A stretch of 64,000 bases of DNA from an uncultured delta proteobacterium (GTDB lineage Bacteria; Desulfobacterota; Binatia; Binatales; Binataceae). The stretch lies in assembly GCA_963765675.1 (NCBI GenBank), contig CAVXXK010000006.1, positions 288,001 through 352,000 on the forward strand. The letters run 5' to 3'. Positions 30,293 to 39,650 of this stretch are shown here, one piece after another; position 1 is the stretch's first letter; the number at the start of each line of letters is the position of its first letter. The position numbers and the translations under genes are program-made. Below the pieces are notes generated by a model. It did no database searches, had not been told where the DNA came from, and worked only from the letters and a program-made list of their open reading frames with translations.

Positions 30293-30364
30293 CGCGAGAG
30301 CATTGTGCCACGCTTGCGCGAATGACACATCGCCGAGGTCTGCTGCATGAGGCGCGACGCCTGT

Positions 30365-30515
30365 GCATGGACGCCCCGGGATTTCTCCCTCCGGTCGAAA
30401 TGACGCTTGGAGGCTTGGTGCATAAGTATCGAGCACCGCCGAATCTCTGACCTCATTGGCTGAGCCCCCAAGCGTCATTTCGAGCCTTGGGCGAGAAATC
30501 CCGAGGCGCTCATGC
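30365..30515. repeat. Imperfect intergenic inverted repeat (GGATTTCTC..TCGAAATGAC family)
   Basis: GGGATTTCTC..TCGAAATGACGCTTGG versus CCAAGCGTCATTTCGA..GAGAAATCCC. Confidence 0.7.
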
Positions 30516-30556
30516 GCCGGCGTGCGGACACCAGCAAGAATCAGCAGGTGCGCGAC

Positions 30557-31273
30557 TTAGCGGGGATGCAGGGTTTTTATTTCGCCGGATTTCATTGCTA
30601 CCAAGACCGTCGTCGCGATCGCGGCGAAGATGCCGGTGCCTACTACGCCGGGAATCGCGAGCAGCTCCTTGTCGAGCTTCGCGGGGTTGTGGATTTCCTT
30701 GACTGCGCAATCGAGGATCACATTGCCGTTGTCGGTGACGAAATCGACGCCGTCTTTTTGGCGCACTGCCGGCTTGAGGCCCAGCGCTGCCACTTTGCGC
30801 GTGACCAGGGGCACTCCGAATGGCACCACCTCGACCGGCAGGATGCCGCGGGCGCCGAGCTTGCGCACGAGCTTTTCCTCGCCGACAAGAATCACCACTT
30901 TGCGCGACGAGGCGGCGACGATTTTCTCGCGGACCAGCGCGCCGCCGTAGCCCTTGATCAGGTTGAGGCGCGGATCGACTTCGTCGGCGCCATCAAAATC
31001 TATATCGATCTTCGGCGCGTCGGTGAGCGAAGCGATCTCGATTCCGAGCGAGCGCGCAAGCTCCTCACTCGCGCGCGAGGTCGGAATTCCGCGCACCGCG
31101 ATCAGGCTCTGCCCGAGCGCATTGATAAAGGCGGTCGCGGCCCGCCCGGTTCCGAGTCCGATCGTGTGATGCGGGCGGACGGTCTTGAGTGCGAATCGGC
31201 CGAGCGCCTGCATGTGATCGAGCGCATCCAAACTCCCGTGCGCATTCTGAATCGTTGAGGTCGAGGTCCCCAT
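30557..31273 (-). CDS. rpiA: Ribose-5-phosphate isomerase A
   Basis: GLGTG, DGADEVD, IKGYGGALVREK, TDNGN. Confidence 0.95.
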   Translation of the reverse strand: MGTSTSTIQNAHGSLDALDHMQALGRFALKTVRPHHTIGLGTGRAATAFINALGQSLIAVRGIPTSRASEELARSLGIEIASLTDAPKIDIDFDGADEVDPRLNLIKGYGGALVREKIVAASSRKVVILVGEEKLVRKLGARGILPVEVVPFGVPLVTRKVAALGLKPAVRQKDGVDFVTDNGNVILDCAVKEIHNPAKLDKELLAIPGVVGTGIFAAIATTVLVAMKSGEIKTLHPR

Positions 31274-31309
31274 GGCCAAGTCCCCCTCGCGAATGCCCCG
31301 TGCGGCGCG

Positions 31310-31939
31310 CTACTTGCCGTTGCGAAGCAGGTTCATGAACTCGTGGCGGGTTTCATGATTAGTCCGGAACACGCCGAGCATCGCGGAGGTCGTGACCCAC
31401 GAGTTCTGTTTTTGCACGCCCCGCATCCGCATGCACATATGTTCGGCCTCGAGCACTACAGCAACTCCGAGCGGCTCGATCTCTTCCATAATCGTCGACG
31501 CGATTTGAGTCGTCAGGCGCTCCTGCACCTGCAGCCGGCGGCAGAATATTTCCACCATCCGCGCGAGCTTCGAGATCCCGACGATTCGCTTGTTGGGCAG
31601 ATAGGCGACGTGCGCCTTGCCCATGAACGGGAGCAGGTGATGCTCACAGAGGGCGTAGAAATCGAGATCCTTGCACAGGATGATCTCCTGGTAGTCTTCC
31701 TCGACGAACAGCGCGCCGTTGATCGCGACCTTGGGGTCCTGCTTGTAGCCGGCGGTCAGAAATTCGTACGCCTTGACCACGCGGAATGGAGTGCGCAGCA
31801 GCCCCTCGCGCTCGGGATCTTCGCCGACATAGCGGAGCAGGGTGCGCACTGCTTCTTCGGCGGCAAGACGTTCGCGCTCGGAGCGTGCGGCGGAGCTATC
31901 CGGAAGATTACGGATTACAGATTTTCGGCTTTGCGCCAT
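31310..31939 (-). CDS. folE: GTP cyclohydrolase I
   Basis: [32 protein letters not shown]. Confidence 0.96.
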   Translation of the reverse strand: MAQSRKSVIRNLPDSSAARSERERLAAEEAVRTLLRYVGEDPEREGLLRTPFRVVKAYEFLTAGYKQDPKVAINGALFVEEDYQEIILCKDLDFYALCEHHLLPFMGKAHVAYLPNKRIVGISKLARMVEIFCRRLQVQERLTTQIASTIMEEIEPLGVAVVLEAEHMCMRMRGVQKQNSWVTTSAMLGVFRTNHETRHEFMNLLRNGK

Positions 31940-32820
31940 TTGCTGAACTCCAATGCGAGCTCGATCGCCAGCGACGGTCCGCCGCCACTCATTATTGCAA
32001 ATCCCGCCGCCTCACCGCTGAGCGATCGCATCAGTTCCAGATTCTGCTTGATCGAGAAGGCGCGCGCGTCGGTTTCGGTCATCCCCGAGTATCGATCGAG
32101 ATAGCCGCTGGCGCCTTTCAAATCCCTGACTTTGTCCTGCATGTATTTGGCCATGCCCGGCCGCTTGATTGGAAGAATCCCGAACACGACGGCGATTCCG
32201 ATCCGGCGGGCCTCGGCGAGAAAGCGGCGGGCGGTCTCGGCCTCGAAGATCGGCTGGGTCAGGACGAACTTCGCGCCGGCGCGCGCGCGGCGCTCGAGCA
32301 GCTCGATCTCGCGCTCGAAGTTCTTGCGATAGGGATTCGCAACCGAGCCGGCGTATATCGCCGGCAGCGTTTTGAGGCGATCCCTGCCCTCGCCAGTATC
32401 GCCGCAATTGAGCATCGCGATCATCGCGAGCAGGCTGAACGCGTCGAGGTCGTGCACCGCGCTCGGGCCGCCGGGATCGCCGGGCGGAAGCTTGTCGCCG
32501 GTCAGAGCGACCACGGCGTCGATTCCGAGCGCGCCCGCGCCGAGCAGATCGGACTTGAGCGCCAGGCGATTGCGATCGCGGCAGGAGACGTTCAACACCA
32601 CCGGAATTTGCAGCCGCGTTTTGATGATCGAGGCGAACACGAGGCCCGACATCTTGACCTGTCCCAGAGAGTTGTCGGTCAGGTTGATCGCGTCCACGTG
32701 GCCGCGCAGCGCAGCCAGATGGCGCAGCAGCAACTCAGGGTTCACGCCGCGCGGAGGAGAGACTTCAACCCACAGAGCGGGACGGCGTGAGGCAAGGCTT
32801 TCGGCGACTTTACCGGACAC
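31915..32820 (-). CDS. metF: Methylenetetrahydrofolate reductase family
   Basis: [27 protein letters not shown]. Confidence 0.82.
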   Translation of the reverse strand: MSGKVAESLASRRPALWVEVSPPRGVNPELLLRHLAALRGHVDAINLTDNSLGQVKMSGLVFASIIKTRLQIPVVLNVSCRDRNRLALKSDLLGAGALGIDAVVALTGDKLPPGDPGGPSAVHDLDAFSLLAMIAMLNCGDTGEGRDRLKTLPAIYAGSVANPYRKNFEREIELLERRARAGAKFVLTQPIFEAETARRFLAEARRIGIAVVFGILPIKRPGMAKYMQDKVRDLKGASGYLDRYSGMTETDARAFSIKQNLELMRSLSGEAAGFAIMSGGGPSLAIELALEFSKWRKAENL

Positions 32821-32848
32821 TCCGCTTCTCTGCCCCGTCGCGCCGATA

Positions 32849-33883
32849 TTAGGCCTGGCGCCGCTCGGTCGCCTTTACCTTCTGGTACTTGCGGTAATCG
32901 TAGCCGGTCGCCATCGCCATCAACAGCGGCTCCATCCCGCCTTCGCGCTCGCGGCGCAGCACGCGCAGGCGATCGAAGAACTCGTTGAAATCCTTGTCGA
33001 CGCGCGGCCGCCCTTCGAGCGGGGAGAGAAAGAAATCGTGCAGGCGGGTGACGGTGAAGCGCAGCGAGGAAAAGCGCAGCTCGTTGGGAAACGCGTCCCA
33101 TTCCGCGAGCGACAGCGTGCGGACGGATTCGTAACCGCCCAGCAGGGAGCGAAAACGATCTAGCGAGTAGGCGCCGCCGACGAAGCATAGCGCGTTGACA
33201 GCGGTCGCGATGTCGAAAATAAATTTGCCGCGGCATGCGGCCTCGAAATCGAGCACCGCGGTCAGCTTCTCGCCGCGAAACAGCAGGTTGTCGGGAAACA
33301 GATCACCGTGAATTACGCCCTTGGGCAGCTTGCCTTCGAGATAGCGCGTCAGGTACTCGACCTCGTCGTCGAGGGTGCGGCAGATTTTGCGGAAGTAGTT
33401 GGGTAGGCGGCTGCGCACGCTCAGGTAGAGGTCGGCGATCCGCTCGAAGCTGAAGCGGTTGTCGATGCCCTTCTTGTAGGCTTTGCCGATCACGTGCAGG
33501 TCGCCGAGCGCGTGGCCGATCGTCTCGAGATGCGACAGCTTGAGCTTCTCCGCCGGCAGCATCCGGCCTTCCTGGTAGCGGAACAGCGAGACGCACTTGT
33601 TGTTGAGCGAGCGGTAGAAGCGGCCCATCCGATCCTGCATCGGATGCGGACAGGGGAAGCCGTGCTTGCGCACGAACGACAGCAGATCGATCTCGCGCTT
33701 GAGCTCGTTTTCGCTCTTGACCTCGTCGATTCGGAGCAGGAACTTTCCCTTGGCGGTCTCGAGGATATAGTTGCTGTTGACCGAGCCTTCGGCGACGCCG
33801 GTGGCTGAGCTTACGCGTCCGAGCGCGTAATCGTCGGATAGTTCCTTGAGGAACGGTTTGCTTAACTCAGTATAAACTGCCAT
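32849..33883 (-). CDS. thrB: Homoserine kinase, type II
   Basis: MAVYT start, GSVNSNY, IHGDLFPDN, LDFE, RFTVTRL. Confidence 0.9.
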   Translation of the reverse strand: MAVYTELSKPFLKELSDDYALGRVSSATGVAEGSVNSNYILETAKGKFLLRIDEVKSENELKREIDLLSFVRKHGFPCPHPMQDRMGRFYRSLNNKCVSLFRYQEGRMLPAEKLKLSHLETIGHALGDLHVIGKAYKKGIDNRFSFERIADLYLSVRSRLPNYFRKICRTLDDEVEYLTRYLEGKLPKGVIHGDLFPDNLLFRGEKLTAVLDFEAACRGKFIFDIATAVNALCFVGGAYSLDRFRSLLGGYESVRTLSLAEWDAFPNELRFSSLRFTVTRLHDFFLSPLEGRPRVDKDFNEFFDRLRVLRREREGGMEPLLMAMATGYDYRKYQKVKATERRQA

Positions 33884-34047
33884 GCGGGAATGATCGATCC
33901 GGTATGTCGCCGGAATAGTAGAGCCATAGCCTTGGTGGGTCAACTAGGGTCGGGAAAAATAGCCTTTTCGAGCCTCACTTCGAGAATGTCAGCGCTGCAA
34001 CAAGTCCGTCAGGTTAGAAACCGGACGAATCTAAATGGGAGAATAGC

Positions 34048-34596
34048 ATGCCAGTCAAGAAAAAAACGGTGAAATCGGCGGCTCGGCCGGCCAAACCTGC
34101 GGCGGCAAGCGCGTCGGCGCCGGCTTCGCTTGCGCTGGAGGGTCGTAAAGCGCCGACGTTCGAGCTGCCGTCGGGCGACGGCGCAACGGTCAAGCTTGCC
34201 GACCTGGTCCGCAAGGGCAACGTGGTGCTCTATTTCTATCCGAAAGACCTGACGACAGGATGCACCGCCGAGGCGTGCAGCTTCCGCGACAACCTGGCGG
34301 ACGTGCGCGAGCTTGGCGCGCAGATAATCGGCATCAGCGCCGACACGCCTGCGTCGCATGCGAAGTTCACCGGCAAGTACGAGCTCAATTTTCCGCTGCT
34401 GAGCGACGTCGACAACAAGGTCGGAAAGCTCTACGGCGTGTACAAGATGAAATCGATGTACGGGCGGCAGTACATGGGAATCGAGCGGACGACTTTCGTG
34501 ATCGATCGCGCGGGTGTGGTCCGAAAGGTCTTCCCCAAGGTCAAGGTGACAGGCCACACCGACGAGGTGGTCGCGGCGCTCAGGGCGCTCGACTGA
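34048..34596 (+). CDS. bcp: Peroxiredoxin BCP/PrxQ
   Basis: YFYPKDLTTGCTAEACSFRD, ERTTFVID. Confidence 0.93.
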   Translation: MPVKKKTVKSAARPAKPAAASASAPASLALEGRKAPTFELPSGDGATVKLADLVRKGNVVLYFYPKDLTTGCTAEACSFRDNLADVRELGAQIIGISADTPASHAKFTGKYELNFPLLSDVDNKVGKLYGVYKMKSMYGRQYMGIERTTFVIDRAGVVRKVFPKVKVTGHTDEVVAALRALD

Positions 34597-34619
34597 TCAG
34601 GGCGCGACTGCCGCGAGCA

Positions 34620-35522
34620 TCATGACGCCGCGTCGGTTTCGTTGCCGAGCAGGTTCTGGCGCAGGAACGCTCGCAGGTCGGGCGATACCCGGCCGCCCAG
34701 ATGATGCCCTTGCGGAAAATAGTGCGTCTCGACGTGCGCGCCGCGCTCACGCAGGGCGCTGGCGAGATCCTGAGCCTGGCTGACTGGAGTCGCCTTGTCG
34801 CGGTCGCCGTGGAGGATAAGCACGCTGCATCCGAGGCGGTTCGGCAGATGCCGAATCACGCTGCGCTCGGCCAGCACTCGCTTGCTCGGCCAAACCTCGT
34901 GGAGGATTGCGAGCTTGGTGCGAAGCGTGGTTTCGGGCCACAGACTCAGCATGTCGTAGGCGCCGGATTGCAGGATGAGTGCTCGCGGGCGGGAATCGTA
35001 GTCCATGAGAAGGCCGGCGGCGACAGCGCCATTGCCGAGACCCCAAACTGCGATCCGCGACGCGTCGACGTCTGGCCGCGCAGCCAGCAGATCGAGCGCT
35101 TTGCGCGCCGCGGCGACCGCCTGCGGACCGACGTAGCGGCTCGGGCCGGAAGAATGTCCGTAGCCAGGAATGCTGACGCAGGCGACCTGAATCCCCATCG
35201 CGACGATATAGGCGTTGGAATCGACGCAGCGCTCGGCGGTTTCCTCGCCGTTCAGCACCAGCATCGCGGGCAGCCGCCCCGGCACGTCGCTACGGGTCAG
35301 GTAACCCGCAATCTGGTACTTATTGGGGCCGAGCGAGACGGCGAAATTAAACGGTGCGGTGTTGGGATGCCGTTTCAGGAACGATACGGGGCGGACCCTG
35401 CAAGCGGGCAGCGCCGCAAGCATCGTGATTAGGGCAATCGCTGCGCCAGTGATGCGTACGACCGACCATCGCGATAGCGTGTCCGAGTCGGAGTCGGCCG
35501 AAGCCGCCGTGTGAGTGTCCAT
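34620..35522 (-). CDS. Alpha/beta hydrolase (S9-like) homologue lacking the nucleophile Ser; possible lipoprotein
   Basis: PGYGHSSG, VDASRIAVWGLGNG, LILHGDRD, GHH; LPA|C after a hydrophobic stretch. Confidence 0.75.
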   Translation of the reverse strand: MDTHTAASADSDSDTLSRWSVVRITGAAIALITMLAALPACRVRPVSFLKRHPNTAPFNFAVSLGPNKYQIAGYLTRSDVPGRLPAMLVLNGEETAERCVDSNAYIVAMGIQVACVSIPGYGHSSGPSRYVGPQAVAAARKALDLLAARPDVDASRIAVWGLGNGAVAAGLLMDYDSRPRALILQSGAYDMLSLWPETTLRTKLAILHEVWPSKRVLAERSVIRHLPNRLGCSVLILHGDRDKATPVSQAQDLASALRERGAHVETHYFPQGHHLGGRVSPDLRAFLRQNLLGNETDAAS

Positions 35523-35711
35523 AGACGGCCCATATCTATACCAGTGCGGCCACAAGGGAAACCATCGAGCCTCTCGCCAATGCACTCGCGATCGGTCACG
35601 GGGTCTTCCGAACCTCCGGAGGGGGCGATTGAATCGTGCGGGACTTTCGCCAATACTTCTTGATTCACCGGGCGTTTTGCCCGCGATCTCTGGACAATAT
35701 CTGGATACATC

Positions 35712-36134
35712 ATGGCCACGCAGTCATCGGCGATAATTGATTTCGACAAGAATGGCGGTGTGATCCCCGTGATTGCGCAGGACTACCGAAATCATCGTGT
35801 GCTGATGCTGGCGTATATGAATCGCGAGGCGTTCGAGGAAACCGTGGCGACGCGGCGCGCCTGCTATTTCTCGCGCTCCCGCAACCGGCTGTGGCGCAAG
35901 GGCGAGGAGTCGGGCAATTTTCAAATCGTGCACGAAATCCGCCTCGATTGCGACGAGGACGCCGTCCTTCTGATGGTCGAGCAGGCGGGCGACGGCGCGG
36001 CCTGCCACGAGGGCTACGAGTCCGACTATTTCCGTGTCCTCGACGGCGAGGATTGGCGCGTCGTCGACAAGCGGATTGTCGACCCCGCGAAGTACGGCCC
36101 AAATTACGGCCATCCGAAGAAACCAGTTGTCTGA
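35712..36134 (+). CDS. hisI: Phosphoribosyl-AMP cyclohydrolase
   Basis: VLMLAYMN, SRSRNRLWRKGEESG, DCDED, ACH. Confidence 0.95.
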   Translation: MATQSSAIIDFDKNGGVIPVIAQDYRNHRVLMLAYMNREAFEETVATRRACYFSRSRNRLWRKGEESGNFQIVHEIRLDCDEDAVLLMVEQAGDGAACHEGYESDYFRVLDGEDWRVVDKRIVDPAKYGPNYGHPKKPVV

Positions 36135-36156
36135 CGATAAATCCGGCGATAAACAG

Positions 36157-37053
36157 ATGTCCGGCAAGATACTCAAATTCGGAATTCCCAAGGGCAGCCT
36201 CGAGCAGAAGACGCTCGAGCTGATGCGCAAGTCCGGCTGGCGAATTCAGGTGGATGCGCGCTCGTATATTCCGACGATCGACGATCCTGGGCTTGCGTGC
36301 CGCATCCTGCGCCCGCAGGAGATACCGCGCTACATCGCCGACGGCTCGCTCGACGCGGGAATCGCCGGCAGCGACTGGGTGGCGGAAAATAACGTAAGCC
36401 TCGAGCAGGTCGAGAGCTTCATCTATTCGAAAGTCTCGATGCAGCCGGCCAGGTGGGTGCTGTACGTCGCACAGGACTCACCGATCAAGCGCTTGGAGGA
36501 CCTGGCGGGCAAGCGTGTCGCGACCGAGATCGTGCAGTTCGTCAAGCGAACCTTCGCCGAACGAAAAATTAAAGTAGAAGTTGAATTTTCGTGGGGCGCG
36601 ACCGAGGCCAAAGTCGCGGAGGGAATCGTTGACGCCGCGGTGGATGTGACCGAAACCGGCTCTTCGATCCGCGCCAATGGTCTGCGGATCGTCGAGGAGC
36701 TGCTGATCTCGAATCCGGTCCTGGTCGCCAATCCGGCCGCGATGGCCGACGAATGGAAGCGCGCCAAGATTCGGCAGATTGGCGTCCTGATGCGCGCGGC
36801 GCTCGACGCCGAGAACCGCGTGATGATTAAAATGAACGTGCTGCGCGCCAACGTCGAGAAAGTGATCGCGCTTTTGCCCGCGCTGACCGCGCCGACGATC
36901 TCGTATCTCTACGCCTCGCCGGTGCTGAAAGGCGAGGAGTGGCTCGCGGTCGAAACCGTGATTGCGGAACAGACCGTGCGCGAGTTGTTTCCCAAGCTGC
37001 TCGAGGCAGGCGCGGTCGGAATTGTCGAGTTCTCGCTCAACAAGATTATCTGA
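36157..37053 (+). CDS. hisG: ATP phosphoribosyltransferase (long form)
   Basis: PKGSL, RPQEIP, SWGATE, DVTETGSSIRANGL, C-terminal regulatory domain. Confidence 0.95.
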   Translation: MSGKILKFGIPKGSLEQKTLELMRKSGWRIQVDARSYIPTIDDPGLACRILRPQEIPRYIADGSLDAGIAGSDWVAENNVSLEQVESFIYSKVSMQPARWVLYVAQDSPIKRLEDLAGKRVATEIVQFVKRTFAERKIKVEVEFSWGATEAKVAEGIVDAAVDVTETGSSIRANGLRIVEELLISNPVLVANPAAMADEWKRAKIRQIGVLMRAALDAENRVMIKMNVLRANVEKVIALLPALTAPTISYLYASPVLKGEEWLAVETVIAEQTVRELFPKLLEAGAVGIVEFSLNKII

Positions 37054-37062
37054 CGCGTCTGT

Positions 37063-37782
37063 ATGACGACCCGCGACATCACCTTTCCGGCTAGCGGCGG
37101 TCATCCGATGCGCGCGGCGATCGCCGGCGCAGAAGACGGCGCGAAGCGTCCCGGCGTGATCGTTATCCACGAGATCTTCGGCCTCAACGATGATATCCGC
37201 CGAATCACGGCGCGGATCGCGGGGCTTGGCTACGTCGCGATGGCGCCCGATCTGTACGACGGCTCCGGCGCGCGCGCGATTTGTATCGCTCGCACCTTGT
37301 TGGCGCTGAATCGCGGCACGGGCCAGCCGTTCGAGGATCTGAAATCCGCGCGCGAGTTCCTGGCGGAGCAGCCGGGGGTCGATAGCTCGCGAATCGGTGT
37401 GATCGGATTCTGCATGGGCGGCGGCTTCGCGCTTTTGTATGCGGTGCGCGCGCCGATGAACGCGTGCGCGACATTTTACGGCGACGTTCCGAAGAGCGCC
37501 GAGAAAATTCGCGGAGTATGCCCGGTGCTCGGCGGCTACGGCGCTGACGACAAGCTGTTCGCGTCGCAGGGACGCAGGCTCGAAAAGCTGCTCGCCGAGA
37601 ACGGCGTCGAGCACGACGTGAAGATCTACGACGGCGCCGGGCACAGCTTCATGAGCCGTCACGAGGGCAGGCTCGCGAAGCTTGCGGCCTACGGACCGAT
37701 GAAGGTGGGCTACAATCACGACGCCGCCGAGGATAGCTGGAAACGAATCGACGCATTCTTCGCGCGCCATCTCGGCCGCTGA
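37063..37782 (+). CDS. Dienelactone hydrolase family
   Basis: HEIFGLN, GFCMGG, YDGAGHSF. Confidence 0.92.
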   Translation: MTTRDITFPASGGHPMRAAIAGAEDGAKRPGVIVIHEIFGLNDDIRRITARIAGLGYVAMAPDLYDGSGARAICIARTLLALNRGTGQPFEDLKSAREFLAEQPGVDSSRIGVIGFCMGGGFALLYAVRAPMNACATFYGDVPKSAEKIRGVCPVLGGYGADDKLFASQGRRLEKLLAENGVEHDVKIYDGAGHSFMSRHEGRLAKLAAYGPMKVGYNHDAAEDSWKRIDAFFARHLGR

Positions 37783-37799
37783 ACGCGGAGCCGGAGCCC

Positions 37800-38468
37800 A
37801 TGCCTATCGCGAAAAAAGAGAGCTCGACCGATCTTGAAAAGCGGGCGGCGCGAATCAGCCGCACTCTGGCGCGGCTTTATCCGAAGGCGCGGATCAGCCT
37901 CGATTTCTCGACGCCGTGGCAATGTCTTGCGGCGACGATTCTGTCCGCTCAATGCACCGACGAGCGCGTCAACAAGGTAACGCCCGCGCTGTTCAAGGAA
38001 TTTCCCGACGCGCGCGCGACCGCGGCGGCGCGGCCCGAGCGGATTAACGAGCTGATCGCGTCCACCGGATTTTTTCGGCAGAAGACCAAATCCCTGATGA
38101 ACACGGCGCGGCTACTGGTCGAGCGTCACGGTGGCGAAGTTCCCGAGGCGATGGAGGATCTCGTCGCGCTGCACGGGGTCGGGCGCAAGACCGCCAACGT
38201 GATCCGCGGCCACGTTTTTGGCCTGCCGGGATTCGTCGTCGATACGCACGTGCGCCGGCTGACGAATCGGCTCGGACTCACGCGCAGCTCCGATCCGGTA
38301 AAGATCGAGAGTGAAGTGTCGGCTCTCCTGCCGCCCAAAGATTGGACCCCGTTCTCGATGCGCCTGATCCTGCACGGCCGCCAAGTCTGCATCGCCCGCG
38401 CCCCCAGGTGCGAAGCCTGCGCACTGTCGCCGGATTGCCCGAAGATCGGGGTTAAGCCTCGACACTGA
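37800..38468 (+). CDS. nth: Endonuclease III
   Basis: LSAQCTD, GVGRKTAN, VDTH, C-X6-C-X2-C-X5-C [4Fe-4S] motif. Confidence 0.95.
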   Translation: MPIAKKESSTDLEKRAARISRTLARLYPKARISLDFSTPWQCLAATILSAQCTDERVNKVTPALFKEFPDARATAAARPERINELIASTGFFRQKTKSLMNTARLLVERHGGEVPEAMEDLVALHGVGRKTANVIRGHVFGLPGFVVDTHVRRLTNRLGLTRSSDPVKIESEVSALLPPKDWTPFSMRLILHGRQVCIARAPRCEACALSPDCPKIGVKPRH

Positions 38469-38527
38469 TGTGTCATTCCCTCGCGCGGGCGGCGGCGCGA
38501 CAGCATAAAGAGATTTAGTGCAAGGCT

Positions 38528-38719
38528 GCCCTCACCGGCGCGTCACGGTGATTGCTAAAAAGAGCAATCGCCGCGCCGCTTGCCCTCTCCCGGAAGGAGA
38601 GGGGCAGAAGAGCAGACGGAGAAGAGCAGATAGCGCCGCCGCGAGCGCGCGATGACTGCGCCTCTCCCTCCGGGAGAGGCCGGGTAAGACTTCGTCCGAA
38701 GTCTTACCCGGGTGAGGGC
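38528..38719. repeat. Inverted pair of CCCTCACC/CCCTCTCCC..GGAGAGGG REP-like elements
   Basis: Copies at 38528-38603 and 38661-38719 in opposite orientation; third copy at 61305-61377. Confidence 0.8.
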
Positions 38720-38881
38720 GGCCTTACGATAATTTGGCTCCTGCGATCCGGGATTTCCTCAGCCTTCGCGAGGTAGTCACGCGCTGAAATGACAATCCGG
38801 AACCCGCGAGGTGCGTATTTGAACATCTGTGCCGAAATGCAATAATCTCGTATCGCGTGCCCGGCTACCAGGGCCATTTCC

Positions 38882-39418
38882 GTGAAACTTCGGCTGGACG
38901 ACATAACCGCCGAGGCAAAGGATATCTCCTTTGCCGAGCCGGAATCTGAAATCAACCGTATTCTGGGGCAGGGGCCTGTGCGCGAGTACCAGGTAGAAGG
39001 ACCGATTGCTGTGAATGTTTCGTATTATCGAGCGGGCACCGACCTGTTTTTCTCGGGGCAGATCGAGGCGCGGACCGGAGCCGCATGCGCCCGCTGCGCC
39101 GAGGAATTCGACGCGTCGTCGTCGGCTCCGTTTCGATTCGTTCTGGCGCCGCGCTCGATCGGTCCCGCGAACGAACGTAATCTCAAGGTCGATGACCTCG
39201 AGTTCTCGACTTACGATGGCGACGAGATTGATCTTAGCCCGCTGATTCGCGAGCAGTTGATGCTCTCGCTGCCGACGCGTCCGTTGTGCCGCGAAGATTG
39301 CCGGGGGCTCTGCCCGCATTGCGGGATCAACCTCAATCGGGAATCGTGCGGATGCCGCGAAGAGCGGCTCGATTCGCGCCTGGCCGCGATCCGTTCGCTC
39401 AAGGTCTCGCGCCAGTAG
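38882..39418 (+). CDS. yceD: DUF177/YceD family protein
   Basis: CARC, LCREDCRGLCPHCGINLN, DSRLA; upstream of rpmF. Confidence 0.9.
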   Translation: MKLRLDDITAEAKDISFAEPESEINRILGQGPVREYQVEGPIAVNVSYYRAGTDLFFSGQIEARTGAACARCAEEFDASSSAPFRFVLAPRSIGPANERNLKVDDLEFSTYDGDEIDLSPLIREQLMLSLPTRPLCREDCRGLCPHCGINLNRESCGCREERLDSRLAAIRSLKVSRQ

Positions 39419-39452
39419 TTTTGTCCAACTCAAATCGCAGGAAGAAACCTAC

Positions 39453-39632
39453 ATGCAAGCACCCAAACGCCGAACCTCCCACTCGAAGAAGAATCAACGC
39501 CGCTCCCACGACGCCTTGCGCGCCGTGAATCCCGGCACCTGCGCGAGCTGCGGCGAGCCCGCGCTGCCGCATCATGTTTGCAGGCATTGCGGCTCCTACC
39601 GCGGCCGTGAAGTCGCCGCGGTGAAGGAATAG
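39453..39632 (+). CDS. rpmF: 50S ribosomal protein L32 (59 aa, absent from the ORF track)
   Basis: Manual translation MQAPKRRTSHSKKNQRRSHDAL..CASCGEPALPHHVCRHCGSYRGREV. Confidence 0.96.
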   Translation: MQAPKRRTSHSKKNQRRSHDALRAVNPGTCASCGEPALPHHVCRHCGSYRGREVAAVKE

Positions 39633-39650
39633 CGGGCGCAGGTTATCCAA

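Noticed and set aside
28136-30325. 729-aa plus-strand ORF, and similar long ORFs such as 6706-8640 and 39399-40730
   Set aside because: Antisense shadows of well-supported genes in high-GC DNA, with no motifs
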